64,000 nucleotides of DNA, taken from the NCBI GenBank assembly GCA_017539645.1, contig JAFYCM010000001.1, positions 23,342 through 87,341 on the forward strand. Direction: 5' to 3'. The translations under genes were made by a program, and so were the position numbers. The notes under the pieces were generated by a model that worked only from the letters and a program-made list of their open reading frames with translations, was not told where the DNA came from and made no database searches. Positions 18,021 to 26,278 of this stretch are shown in pieces; positions within the stretch are counted from its first letter, which is position 1, and each line of letters begins with the position of its first letter. Source of the stretch: Bacteroidales bacterium (lineage in GTDB: Bacteria; Bacteroidota; Bacteroidia; Bacteroidales; Marinilabiliaceae).

Positions 18021-19616
18021 ATGACTACCAACCAACTAAGTAGAAACATACATACAATGTTAGTCGTAGCACTTGTTGCTACGACTACATTGCTTTTTTC
18101 GGGTTGTCGTAGCGCAGGTCCTGCAGGCAAAAAGGCCTTCGAGATTGGCGAATACGACCGAGCAATAAGTAAGCTTTCAAAAGCCTACGCCAAACCTGGT
18201 CTGCCACGCGATGTGAAGGGTGAATACGCCTTCTATCTCGGCGAGTGTTACAGACTTCGTGGTCAGTTCAAAAAGGCTTCGGGATATTACAAAACAGCTG
18301 TTCGCTATAAATATTCCGACGATATTGCACTACTCTACTTAGGTGAATGTCAGCGAGCAACAGGCGATTTTGAAGGCGCTCGCGAGTCGTTCGATACATA
18401 CTTAGCACGTCATAAAAACGATGCTCGTGCTCGCAACGGCTTACAATCCATCAAGATGACCGAAGCGCAATGGGACGCCATCACGTCGTTCAATCCATCG
18501 GCTATTCCCGATAGTGGCTACATAGTTAGCTTAGCCAAAGAGTTCAACTCCAAGTATTCGGACTATTCGCCGGCTTTCGTTGGCGATGGCTACGATGTGG
18601 TTTACATCACCTCGATGCGCGTAGCAAAACGACGCAGAAAGATGAACCGCATAACAGGGCAGGGCAATTCGGGTATATATATGACGAAAATAGATGGACA
18701 AGGCAAATGGACCGACCCCGAACACCTCGAAGAGCCTTTCGCAAATAATATCGACGATGGCACGCCTTCGATAACCTCCGACGGCAAGACGATGTACTTC
18801 ACACGTTGCCCATATAGCGAGACCGAGCCAAATACGCCACAATGCTTCGAGACTACGCGTTCTGGTGGACGTTGGGGCGAGCCAGTGCGCGTAATTCCGG
18901 GCGGCGACTCCACTATGATGGTTGCTCATCCGGCAATTTCGCCAGACGGCACAACGCTCTACTTCGTCAGCGACTGCGACTACCCCGGCGCGATGGGTGG
19001 TAAGGATATTTACAAAACGCGAAAAACGCCTTCGGGCGATTGGTCGCGTGCCGAAAACCTTGGTGCTCTCGTAAACACACGCGGTGACGAGATGTTTCCA
19101 TACATACGTAGCAACGGCGATCTCTACTTCAGCAGCAACGGACAGCCAGGTTTGGGCGGCTTGGACATCTTCTTGGCTCACGAAGACGAGAAAGGTCTCT
19201 ACCGCGTAAGTAATATGGGCTTGCCCATCAATAGTGCTGCCGACGACTTTGGCATAATATTCAAAGACAACAAAGAGGAAGGCTACCTCAGCAGTAGCCG
19301 CGCTGGCTCGAAAGGTATCGACAATATCTATTCGTTCGTTTTGCCACCTATGGTTTTGGCTATGTCGGGCTCGGTAACTACATCCGATGGCGCACCAGCA
19401 AAGAATCTCTTTGTTCGAGTTGTAGGTTCCGATGGTACCAACACACGCCTAAAACCCGATGAAGACGGACAATTTGCGCTTCACGTAGATAAAGATGTGG
19501 ACTATATAGTGCTCTGTGGCGCAGATGGTTACAAGAATCAGAAACTGAAGTTCAGCACGCAAAACAAGTCGAAGAGCGAAACAATCCTGCTAAACGTGAA
19601 ATTGGAGAAGTTCTGA
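18021..19616 (+). CDS. Lipoprotein with TPR, PD40/TolB-like beta-propeller repeats and a carboxypeptidase-regulatory-like C-terminal domain
   Basis: Lipobox LLFSGC. PD40-like repeats (SPAFVGDGYDVVYITS, PSITSDGKTMYFT, PAISPDGTTLYFVS, IRSNGDLYFSS). C-terminal beta-sandwich-like GSVTTSDGAPAKNLFVRVVGSDG. The start is set at ATG 18021, just after the argS stop; the track start at 17979 overlaps argS. Confidence 0.8.
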   Translation: MTTNQLSRNIHTMLVVALVATTTLLFSGCRSAGPAGKKAFEIGEYDRAISKLSKAYAKPGLPRDVKGEYAFYLGECYRLRGQFKKASGYYKTAVRYKYSDDIALLYLGECQRATGDFEGARESFDTYLARHKNDARARNGLQSIKMTEAQWDAITSFNPSAIPDSGYIVSLAKEFNSKYSDYSPAFVGDGYDVVYITSMRVAKRRRKMNRITGQGNSGIYMTKIDGQGKWTDPEHLEEPFANNIDDGTPSITSDGKTMYFTRCPYSETEPNTPQCFETTRSGGRWGEPVRVIPGGDSTMMVAHPAISPDGTTLYFVSDCDYPGAMGGKDIYKTRKTPSGDWSRAENLGALVNTRGDEMFPYIRSNGDLYFSSNGQPGLGGLDIFLAHEDEKGLYRVSNMGLPINSAADDFGIIFKDNKEEGYLSSSRAGSKGIDNIYSFVLPPMVLAMSGSVTTSDGAPAKNLFVRVVGSDGTNTRLKPDEDGQFALHVDKDVDYIVLCGADGYKNQKLKFSTQNKSKSETILLNVKLEKF

Positions 19617-19642
19617 GGCTTTTACTAAAGAAGAACGCCGAT

Positions 19643-19739
19643 GCGCAGATTTTATGGATTTAGGGGATTATAAAAATCTGTGCAATCCGTCCAATCCTTA
19701 TATCTGAGTTCCGCACTCGTAACTCGTAATTCATAACTC
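19643..19739. repeat. Intergenic palindromic element: 11-bp CAGATTTT hairpin plus a CGTAA-rich arm
   Basis: gcgcagatttt (19643-19653) pairs with aaaatctgtgc (19673-19683). It is followed by actcgtaactcgtaattcataactcg. Confidence 0.65.
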
Positions 19740-20279
19740 GGATCTTTTGACGTAGGCACTAATGAGTTTACGGATAGACTCGCCGCCGATGTCATCAGTA
19801 TTGATCTTATTTGGGGCGAACCAAAGTATTTCGCTCACATCGTCCATTGGTTTTATGAGACTAAGCGGCGAGGCAGCGGTGCAGGTGAAGCAGATGTCGG
19901 ATGTCTCTATCAGGTAATTGCTAAACACATATTTATTGGCCGACGAAGCGAAGTATCGCAAATTTTCAATTTCGAGGCCGAGTTCCTCACGAATCTCGCG
20001 GTGTGCAGCCTCTTCTACCGACTCGCCTGGGTCGACAAATCCGCCTGGCAAATCGAGCATACCTTTCCACGGGTCGCGGGCGCGGCGTGTGAGCATTATT
20101 TCGCCTTGCGCATTCTCTATAATTATGGCTACGGCAGCCGCCGAATTGGTAAAAAAGTGAAATCCACAACGCGCGCAAGCAAACTCTTTGGTACTAAGTG
20201 CGCTGAATTGTTCGCAACCACAGTGCGGACAAAATCGCAAGAAATTTACGGCATGTTCCTTCGGCAGATTTTCGTTCAT
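19731..20279 (-). CDS. NUDIX hydrolase with an N-terminal zinc ribbon (NudC-like)
   Basis: CPHCG...CARCG zinc ribbon. Nudix box GGFVDPGESVEEAAHREIREELGL. The start is set at ATG 20279 (MNENLPK); the track extension to 20402 overlaps the upstream gene. Confidence 0.85.
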   Translation of the reverse strand: MNENLPKEHAVNFLRFCPHCGCEQFSALSTKEFACARCGFHFFTNSAAAVAIIIENAQGEIMLTRRARDPWKGMLDLPGGFVDPGESVEEAAHREIREELGLEIENLRYFASSANKYVFSNYLIETSDICFTCTAASPLSLIKPMDDVSEILWFAPNKINTDDIGGESIRKLISAYVKRSEL

Positions 20280-20379
20280 AATAGTATATATGTATGTATG
20301 CAAAAGTACTATTTGTTCTTGCGCGGATAACGCTGAGGACACAGGATTAGTGTAGTGATATAACTTAACTTTATAACAA

Positions 20380-20961
20380 CTATAAAATAGTTGTAATTGC
20401 ATAGGATAGTGAATGTATTATTTCTTTGATGCATTCTTTGAACCACAATATGCAATATAAAGCATTCAAGGCTATACAAATGCTAATTAGAGCGATGCCT
20501 TTATTGGTGGTTTTCATTGAATTAGCGGAATAAACAGTTCTTATGTCGGCTGAACCATATAATTTTATCAGCACTATTATGCCATAGATAATTATCAATA
20601 AGTTAATTATCAATGGTATTGAAAAACGCCACCCTGAAAGAATATACATCTGCGAGGAAAAGACATTGGAACATAGGTATATCCACGCATAGAATTTGCA
20701 ATAAGAGAGCGCATTTGGATGTTGTCGCCCAAGTCCTATTCCACCAATGGTTCCAATGATTCCAATTGGCATGAAATACGCCAAGAGTAAAAACTTATAA
20801 TATAGGTCATCAACGATAATAAAATTGACCAATCCATCGATAATGGTGAGTATTGCACCATACAAGATAAACTTACGAATGAACCCAATCTTGTTATAGT
20901 ATGTCAATTCGGCTATAGATTCGTTTTTATTTTCTTTGGGAGGTATAATTGAAGTATCCAT
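20380..20961 (-). CDS. Hypothetical polytopic membrane protein (about 5 TM), very low GC
   Basis: 193-aa ORF with several hydrophobic helices (ILYGAILTIIDGLVNFIIV, LLLAYFMPIGIIGTIGGIGL, IPLIINLLIIIYGIIVLI, ALISICIALNALYCILW). I recognise no family motif. Confidence 0.6.
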   Translation of the reverse strand: MDTSIIPPKENKNESIAELTYYNKIGFIRKFILYGAILTIIDGLVNFIIVDDLYYKFLLLAYFMPIGIIGTIGGIGLGRQHPNALSYCKFYAWIYLCSNVFSSQMYILSGWRFSIPLIINLLIIIYGIIVLIKLYGSADIRTVYSANSMKTTNKGIALISICIALNALYCILWFKECIKEIIHSLSYAITTIL

Positions 20962-21172
20962 AATAAATATTGCATAAACAAAACAAAAATATTCTATTGA
21001 TAGCTTTCTACATTCTTATCATCTATCAAGAATTCTACTCATCAGACTTGCTTCCGCATTTTTTGACGTTTTATCGCGGGCTACTGAAACAGGGGGATAA
21101 TTTGTATTGTAACAAAAAAATCCGCAGCACTCTTTGTATGAGAATGCCACGGACTATAAGTTTTATAATTGA

Positions 21173-22576
21173 CTATCGAGAGAGTAATGCAGCTTTCATT
21201 TCCTCTACCGATGCATATTCAGATACAAAAAACATCTCCGATGCACTACCATTGTAAACAGTTATCTGTACTTTGTAGTCAGATCCTTCTTTATAGACGT
21301 AGATGTAGTATTTCCCGTCATTATAGGTGAAGATGTTCGACCAATCATCGTACTTCTCAAAAGTATACACTCTGGTTATCTCTATCTTGCCGTCTACCTT
21401 TTTGTAGTAGTTCATTACGATGCCATTATCGGTTTTCTCAAATGAAACTCCTATTCCCCCCGAAGCAAACGTCTTGCCGAGAATAGATTGCTTGCTGTCG
21501 GTGAAGACTGGAAACTGAGCCTTTTCAAAGAGTATGTTGCCATAGTAGCTTTTGTTTTTGGTAGCGGTAACTTTTATTTTGCCGTTTTCTACCTTGACTT
21601 CAATATCTTCCATATCGCCTATTCCTTTGAATTCGTAGCCATCCAATCCGTCGGGCATATCGAACTCGTACTCCTTGTTTAGCTCCATTTTATTGATAGT
21701 CAGAACGGTAAGTTTTTTGTTGTCCTTGTATACATAGAATTCAGCCAAGCACTCTTTTACACTAATTGTGACCTTGCTGTCTTCTTTGAGGTCAGATATT
21801 GTAATGGTTGTTTTGTTATCGTCATTTTTGCTACTCATTGAAGGTTCGGGTACAGAAACGTAAACGATATAGTATCCAACGTATTTACTATCAAGTTCAT
21901 ACACAATTTCGTCGCCAGACTTGTAGCTGTTTTCGCTTACCACTTCGGTAGTGCCATCGGTAAAAGATAGCGAAACAGTAACCTTGTGGTAAATAGATTT
22001 CACGGTTATGGTTACCTCCTTGTCGGCGCCAACGCAAGTAGTGGTTATGGTCTTAGCTTCGGCATCCAATTGACCTGAGGCTACGTTGGAGATTTCGAAA
22101 CCTTCTTGTAATTCGTAAGAGATTTTCACCTCTTCGCCGTCGGTTACTTCCTTGGATGTTCCCGATAACGTAATCTTGTCAGATTCTCCTTCAACCACAA
22201 AACTTATTTTGTACGTTTTGGCTTTTTCGATTGCTTTTACGGTTATGGTCACCTTTTTGTCGAAGCCTTCGCAAGTAGTGGTTATGGTCTTAGCTTCGGC
22301 ATCCAGTTTGCCCGACTCAACGTTGGAAATCTCATAATCTTCTTGCAATTCGTAAGAGATTTTTACCTCTTCGCCCGCAGCTACATCCTTATAAGTTTCT
22401 GATAATGTTATCTTGTCTGATTCTCCTACTACTTCAAAACTAACTTTGAACGTTTTGGGCTCGTCAGGAACTTGGGGCTCATCATCATCTTCTTTGTCAC
22501 AAGAGGTGAACTGCAGTGCCATTCCCGCCATTACGGCAACAATAGCAACATTCTTGAGGAATTTTACAATTTTCAT
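21173..22576 (-). CDS. Hypothetical surface/periplasmic lipoprotein with a tandemly duplicated ~79-aa module
   Basis: Signal plus lipobox MAGMALQFTSCDKEDDDE. aa 41-119 and 120-196 are near-identical (K-T-[FY]-K-[VI]-SF.V.GESDKITLS...GEEVKISYELQE...AEAKTITTTC...VTITVK). Confidence 0.75.
   Translation of the reverse strand: MKIVKFLKNVAIVAVMAGMALQFTSCDKEDDDEPQVPDEPKTFKVSFEVVGESDKITLSETYKDVAAGEEVKISYELQEDYEISNVESGKLDAEAKTITTTCEGFDKKVTITVKAIEKAKTYKISFVVEGESDKITLSGTSKEVTDGEEVKISYELQEGFEISNVASGQLDAEAKTITTTCVGADKEVTITVKSIYHKVTVSLSFTDGTTEVVSENSYKSGDEIVYELDSKYVGYYIVYVSVPEPSMSSKNDDNKTTITISDLKEDSKVTISVKECLAEFYVYKDNKKLTVLTINKMELNKEYEFDMPDGLDGYEFKGIGDMEDIEVKVENGKIKVTATKNKSYYGNILFEKAQFPVFTDSKQSILGKTFASGGIGVSFEKTDNGIVMNYYKKVDGKIEITRVYTFEKYDDWSNIFTYNDGKYYIYVYKEGSDYKVQITVYNGSASEMFFVSEYASVEEMKAALLSR
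21989..22456 (-). repeat. Intragenic tandem duplication (2 x ~235 nt) inside the lipoprotein gene
   Basis: The nucleotide strings are nearly identical. Example on the plus strand as printed: ttcttgtaattcgtaagagattttcacctcttcgcc versus ttcttgcaattcgtaagagatttttacctcttcgcc. Confidence 0.8.
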
Positions 22577-22843
22577 TTAGAACATAGAATTATTTAGTTA
22601 GACATATAATTTTTTAGCACCGAACTTAGTGCCGTTGTATATTTTTCAGGGCAAGTCTATAACACAATTACCAACGAAGGGGGGAATGCATCATAAACGA
22701 ACGTGTGCAAATGTAAAAAAATATTAATGCAAATCGATAGTGCATTCGTTTTCAAAAGGTTTGAATCTTGTCATAACTACATACAATGCCGAACAGAGAT
22801 TCCTTGCAAGCGCATTTTTTGCCGTTTTATCGCGTGCGAATAT

Positions 22844-22851
22844 TACATTTG
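22844..22851 (+). promoter_or_regulatory. -7 promoter box for the exbB-exbD-tonB operon
   Basis: TACATTTG, 37 nt upstream of ATG 22888. Confidence 0.5.
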
Positions 22852-22887
22852 CGGCAAAAAGGAAAAACATATAATAAATTATTATAG

Positions 22888-23577
22888 ATGATACAGGACG
22901 TAGCAGCAGCTGGAACGACGGCTGAAGGAGTTGAAGAAATGGCCGAAGAGGCAGTAGAATTGAACGTTATCGACCTTGCAATGCAGGGTGGTTGGATAAT
23001 GTTGGTATTGTTACTTATGTCGATTTATGCGATATATGTGTTTGTGGAGCGCAACGTGGCGCTGCGCCAAGCACTGAAGCAAGACGACAATTTCATGAGC
23101 AAAATCAAAGATTACATACATAGCGGAAATATCGATTCGGCTATTGCGCTTTGCAATGCTACCGACAACCCTGTGGCTCGTATGGTGGAGAAGGGTATCT
23201 CGCGCATGGGTCGCCCATTGAACGACATCAACACCGCTGTAGAGAACGTCGGAAACATTGAGGTAGGTCGACTCGAAAACGGTTTGGCAGGTTTGGCTTC
23301 CGTTTCGGGTGGCGCGCCAATGATTGGCTTCCTCGGCACGGTGACCGGTATGATTCAAGCTTTCTTCGAGATGGCAAACGCAGGCAACAATATCGAAGTT
23401 AGCACTCTCGCAGGTGGTATATATACTGCACTTGTAACTACGGTGGGTGGCTTGTTCGTAGGTATTATTGCATATTTCGCATATAACTATTTGGTAGCGC
23501 GTGTGGACAAAGTTGTACGCATCCTTGAGGCACGCACTATGGAATTCATGGATTTGCTGAACGATCCTGCTAATTAA
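22888..23577 (+). CDS. exbB: MotA/TolQ/ExbB proton-channel family protein
   Basis: Three TM helices. The conserved C-terminal region is GAPMIGFLGTVTGMIQAF...ALVTTVGGLFVGIIAYFAYNYL. It is followed directly by ExbD and TonB genes. Confidence 0.9.
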   Translation: MIQDVAAAGTTAEGVEEMAEEAVELNVIDLAMQGGWIMLVLLLMSIYAIYVFVERNVALRQALKQDDNFMSKIKDYIHSGNIDSAIALCNATDNPVARMVEKGISRMGRPLNDINTAVENVGNIEVGRLENGLAGLASVSGGAPMIGFLGTVTGMIQAFFEMANAGNNIEVSTLAGGIYTALVTTVGGLFVGIIAYFAYNYLVARVDKVVRILEARTMEFMDLLNDPAN

Positions 23578-23583
23578 TTTGCC

Positions 23584-23976
23584 ATGTCACTAAAAAGAAG
23601 AAGCAAAATAAGTTCAGCATTCAGCATGTCGTCGATGACAGATATTGTCTTCTTGCTGCTGATATTCTTCATGCTGACATCGACTTTGGTGCACCCAAAT
23701 GCACTGAAACTTTTGTTGCCACAGAGCGCAAACCAAACCTCGGCTAAACCGCAGACATCGTTGTCGATAACTAAAGATTTACGCTATGCCGTGGAAGGAC
23801 GTTATGTGAAATTCGAAGAGATAGAAGGCGCGCTACAAGCTAAGCTTGGTCAGAACGAAGATATGTATATCGCCTTGCACGTGGACGAAAATGTGCCTAT
23901 GCGTGAGGTTGTGAAGGTTATGAATATCGCCAAAAAGAATAAGTATAAACTCATTTTGGCAACGCGAGCAAAATAG
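23584..23976 (+). CDS. exbD: ExbD/TolR biopolymer transport protein
   Basis: 130 aa with N-terminal MTDIVFLLLIFFMLTS, the ExbD signature TM, and a periplasmic domain. Confidence 0.9.
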   Translation: MSLKRRSKISSAFSMSSMTDIVFLLLIFFMLTSTLVHPNALKLLLPQSANQTSAKPQTSLSITKDLRYAVEGRYVKFEEIEGALQAKLGQNEDMYIALHVDENVPMREVVKVMNIAKKNKYKLILATRAK

Positions 23977-23981
23977 ACGCG

Positions 23982-24884
23982 ATGAACGAAAATGGAAATC
24001 AACATAGAGGTAGAGGTTTAGCGGGAACAATTCTGTTTCACGTCATACTTATACTTATACTTTGCTTTTCGCATCTCAAGGCTGTGCCTGTAGAGGAGGA
24101 GGCATTGCTTGTGGACTACAGCCAACCTGTTGCAGGTGGTGGTGGCGGTGGAGCTCCAGCGGCTGCAAGTGCGCCTACGCCAGTAGAATCGCCAGCGCCT
24201 GCCGCTCCTAAGCAATCTAACTTATACGACGGCCAGACCAAAGAGGTGCAGGACTTTGAGGAGGCTGCAGCGTTGGCAGAGGCCAAGAAACGTGAGCAAG
24301 AGCAAGCACGCGCTGCTAAAGAGGCTGCAGACCGCGCTGCTGCAGAAGCAAAGGCTAAGGCAGAGGCAGACGCTAAAGCACGTGCAGAAGCCGAAGCAAA
24401 AGCTAAAGCTGAGGCCGAAGCAAAGGCAAAAGCCGAAGCAGAGGCTCGCGAGAGAGCTCAAAAAACAGCTAATGCCAAGAATGCGATGAATGCCTTTGGC
24501 AAATCAGGTTCGGGCTCTGCAAATACAAGCGGTTCGGGCACAGGTCAAGGAAATCTCACTGGTTCTGGCTCGGGCAATGGACACGGCAGTGGAAGTGGTA
24601 GCGGCGGAGGCAACTCGTGGGCGTTGAACGGACGTTCGCTCGTGGGTACTTTGCCTAAGCCTACATATAATAGCCAAGAGACTGGCACTGTGGTAGTAGA
24701 AATTACTGTAGATAAGACTGGTACGGTAACACAGGCTAATGTCATAAGCAGAGGAACTACGGTTCAGAGCAGTTACTTATGGCAACAAGCCATTTCGGCA
24801 GCAAAGAAGGCAAAATTCAATGCCGATGCAAAATCCAACGCCATACAGAAAGGCACTATAACATACCACTTTACGCTTAAGTAG
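23982..24884 (+). CDS. tonB: TonB family energy transducer with long Ala/Glu/Lys and Gly/Ser low-complexity linkers
   Basis: N-terminal TM AGTILFHVILILILCF. Pro/Ala linker, AEAKAKAEAEAKAK repeats and a GSGSG tract. TonB_C-like end GTVVVEITVDKTGTVTQANV...GTITYHFTLK. Confidence 0.85.
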   Translation: MNENGNQHRGRGLAGTILFHVILILILCFSHLKAVPVEEEALLVDYSQPVAGGGGGGAPAAASAPTPVESPAPAAPKQSNLYDGQTKEVQDFEEAAALAEAKKREQEQARAAKEAADRAAAEAKAKAEADAKARAEAEAKAKAEAEAKAKAEAEARERAQKTANAKNAMNAFGKSGSGSANTSGSGTGQGNLTGSGSGNGHGSGSGSGGGNSWALNGRSLVGTLPKPTYNSQETGTVVVEITVDKTGTVTQANVISRGTTVQSSYLWQQAISAAKKAKFNADAKSNAIQKGTITYHFTLK

Positions 24885-24894
24885 CTCCAGATAG

Positions 24895-26085
24895 ATGAAT
24901 TTGCAAAGCATAGCTATAATTGCCACTTGTGTGCTGTCGCCGCTTGTGATAATGTGGCTGACATATCGGTTCAAAATCCTCCGCCAAATAGGTAACATCA
25001 TTCTTGCATACGCCGTAGGGTGCTTGCTTGGGTTGTTTGGCCTTATACCTAATACGCCCGAAGTGCACGAATTGCAGTCGAGCATAGCAGCCTATGCCGT
25101 GCCATTCGCCATACCATTGATGCTCTATTCGAGCAACGTGAAGGCGTGGGCTCATCTGGCGCCCAACTTTGCCAAGTCGCTTGTGGCAGGACTTATGGCT
25201 TGTGTGGCTGCGGTGGTTATAGGCTTTTTCATTTTCAAAGGCAACGACGCCGACCGTTTTGCTAAGATTGGTGGAATGTTAACTGGCTTATACACAGGTG
25301 GAACAACCAATATAGCATCGATAAAAGTTGCGCTTGGCGTAGATAACGCTACTTACTTGATGGTGCACACGTATAGCATAGTGGTGAGTGCACTCTATTT
25401 ATTGCTTATAGTGGTATTCGGCAAACGAATCTTCGGGCTGATATTGCGTCCATTCAACGCTATCGATGCCGAGGAAGTTGCCAAGAACGAAGACGCCGAC
25501 CAAGACGTAAGTACTCACGACGATGAACTCTTCAACGGCATATTCCGCCGCGACATTCTTCCGGGCGTGGGCCGAGCTATGTTGCTCACTATAGGCATAA
25601 TAGCCGTTGGCTTTGCTACGAAATTTCTTCCCTTTGTCAGCGACGATGCTTTTCAAGCTGTATTTATACTAACCATCTCATTATTAGCCATCGTGGCGTC
25701 GTTCATGCGGCGCGTACGTAGGATAAAACGCACATTCGAAGTAGGTACATATTTTATACTCGTATTCAGCGTGGCAGTAGCGTCGCAAGTGAGTTTGGAT
25801 ATGTTCGAGAATATGGATTATTCGTTTATGCTATATACGCTCGTGGTAACGATGGGCGCACTTGTGATGCACGTCGTATTCAACAAAATGATGCGAGTAG
25901 ACGTCGACACCACACTTGTGACATCAATATCGCTGATATGTTCGCCGCCATTTGTACCAGTTATGGCTGGTGCACTTGGCAACAGAGCCGTCATTGGCCC
26001 AGGCATCGCCGTTGGTTTAATTGGTTATGCCATAGGTACATACATAGGTTTTATGGCAGCATTGCTACTCGCAGCCTTGGCGTAA
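24895..26085 (+). CDS. Polytopic inner-membrane protein, DUF819-like putative transporter
   Basis: 396 aa in two hydrophobic halves separated by a charged loop (EEVAKNEDADQDVSTHDDE). The family name is from memory of similar Bacteroidales proteins and is not verified. Confidence 0.6.
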   Translation: MNLQSIAIIATCVLSPLVIMWLTYRFKILRQIGNIILAYAVGCLLGLFGLIPNTPEVHELQSSIAAYAVPFAIPLMLYSSNVKAWAHLAPNFAKSLVAGLMACVAAVVIGFFIFKGNDADRFAKIGGMLTGLYTGGTTNIASIKVALGVDNATYLMVHTYSIVVSALYLLLIVVFGKRIFGLILRPFNAIDAEEVAKNEDADQDVSTHDDELFNGIFRRDILPGVGRAMLLTIGIIAVGFATKFLPFVSDDAFQAVFILTISLLAIVASFMRRVRRIKRTFEVGTYFILVFSVAVASQVSLDMFENMDYSFMLYTLVVTMGALVMHVVFNKMMRVDVDTTLVTSISLICSPPFVPVMAGALGNRAVIGPGIAVGLIGYAIGTYIGFMAALLLAALA

Positions 26086-26094
26086 ATGAGGAAT

Positions 26095-26232
26095 AATTAC
26101 GAGTTAGAAATTACGAATTCAGAGTTTTAGGACCCAGATTTAACGGATAAAACAGATTTTTGAGTACATAAATATTCATCTGTATTCTCTGAACGAACCT
26201 TAGCTCGAAATTAGGAACTCGTAATTCGTAAT
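26095..26232. repeat. MITE/REP-like element with ~35-nt imperfect terminal inverted repeats rich in ATTACGA/TCGTAAT
   Basis: The left arm is aattacgagttagaaattacgaattcagagttttagg. The right arm is ccttagctcgaaattaggaactcgtaattcgtaat. The centre carries cagattt motifs like the 19643 element. Confidence 0.6.
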
Positions 26233-26278
26233 AATATCGTGCATCGTGTGCATTACTTGAAGAAAAAAACTCATTTCT

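Noticed and set aside
20970-21257. 95-aa plus-strand ORF in the AT-rich spacer of the low-GC island
   Set aside because: It overlaps the 3' end of the lipoprotein gene, lies in very AT-rich sequence where random ORFs are expected, and has no motifs.
22703-22891. 62-aa Cys-rich ORF upstream of exbB
   Set aside because: It spans the exbB promoter box (22844-22851), overlaps the exbB start, has no signal or motif, and starts with a non-ATG codon.
24222-24489. Alternative-frame ORFs within the tonB repeat region
   Set aside because: They are artefacts of the GCN-rich AEAKAK repeat and have no independent start or stop context.
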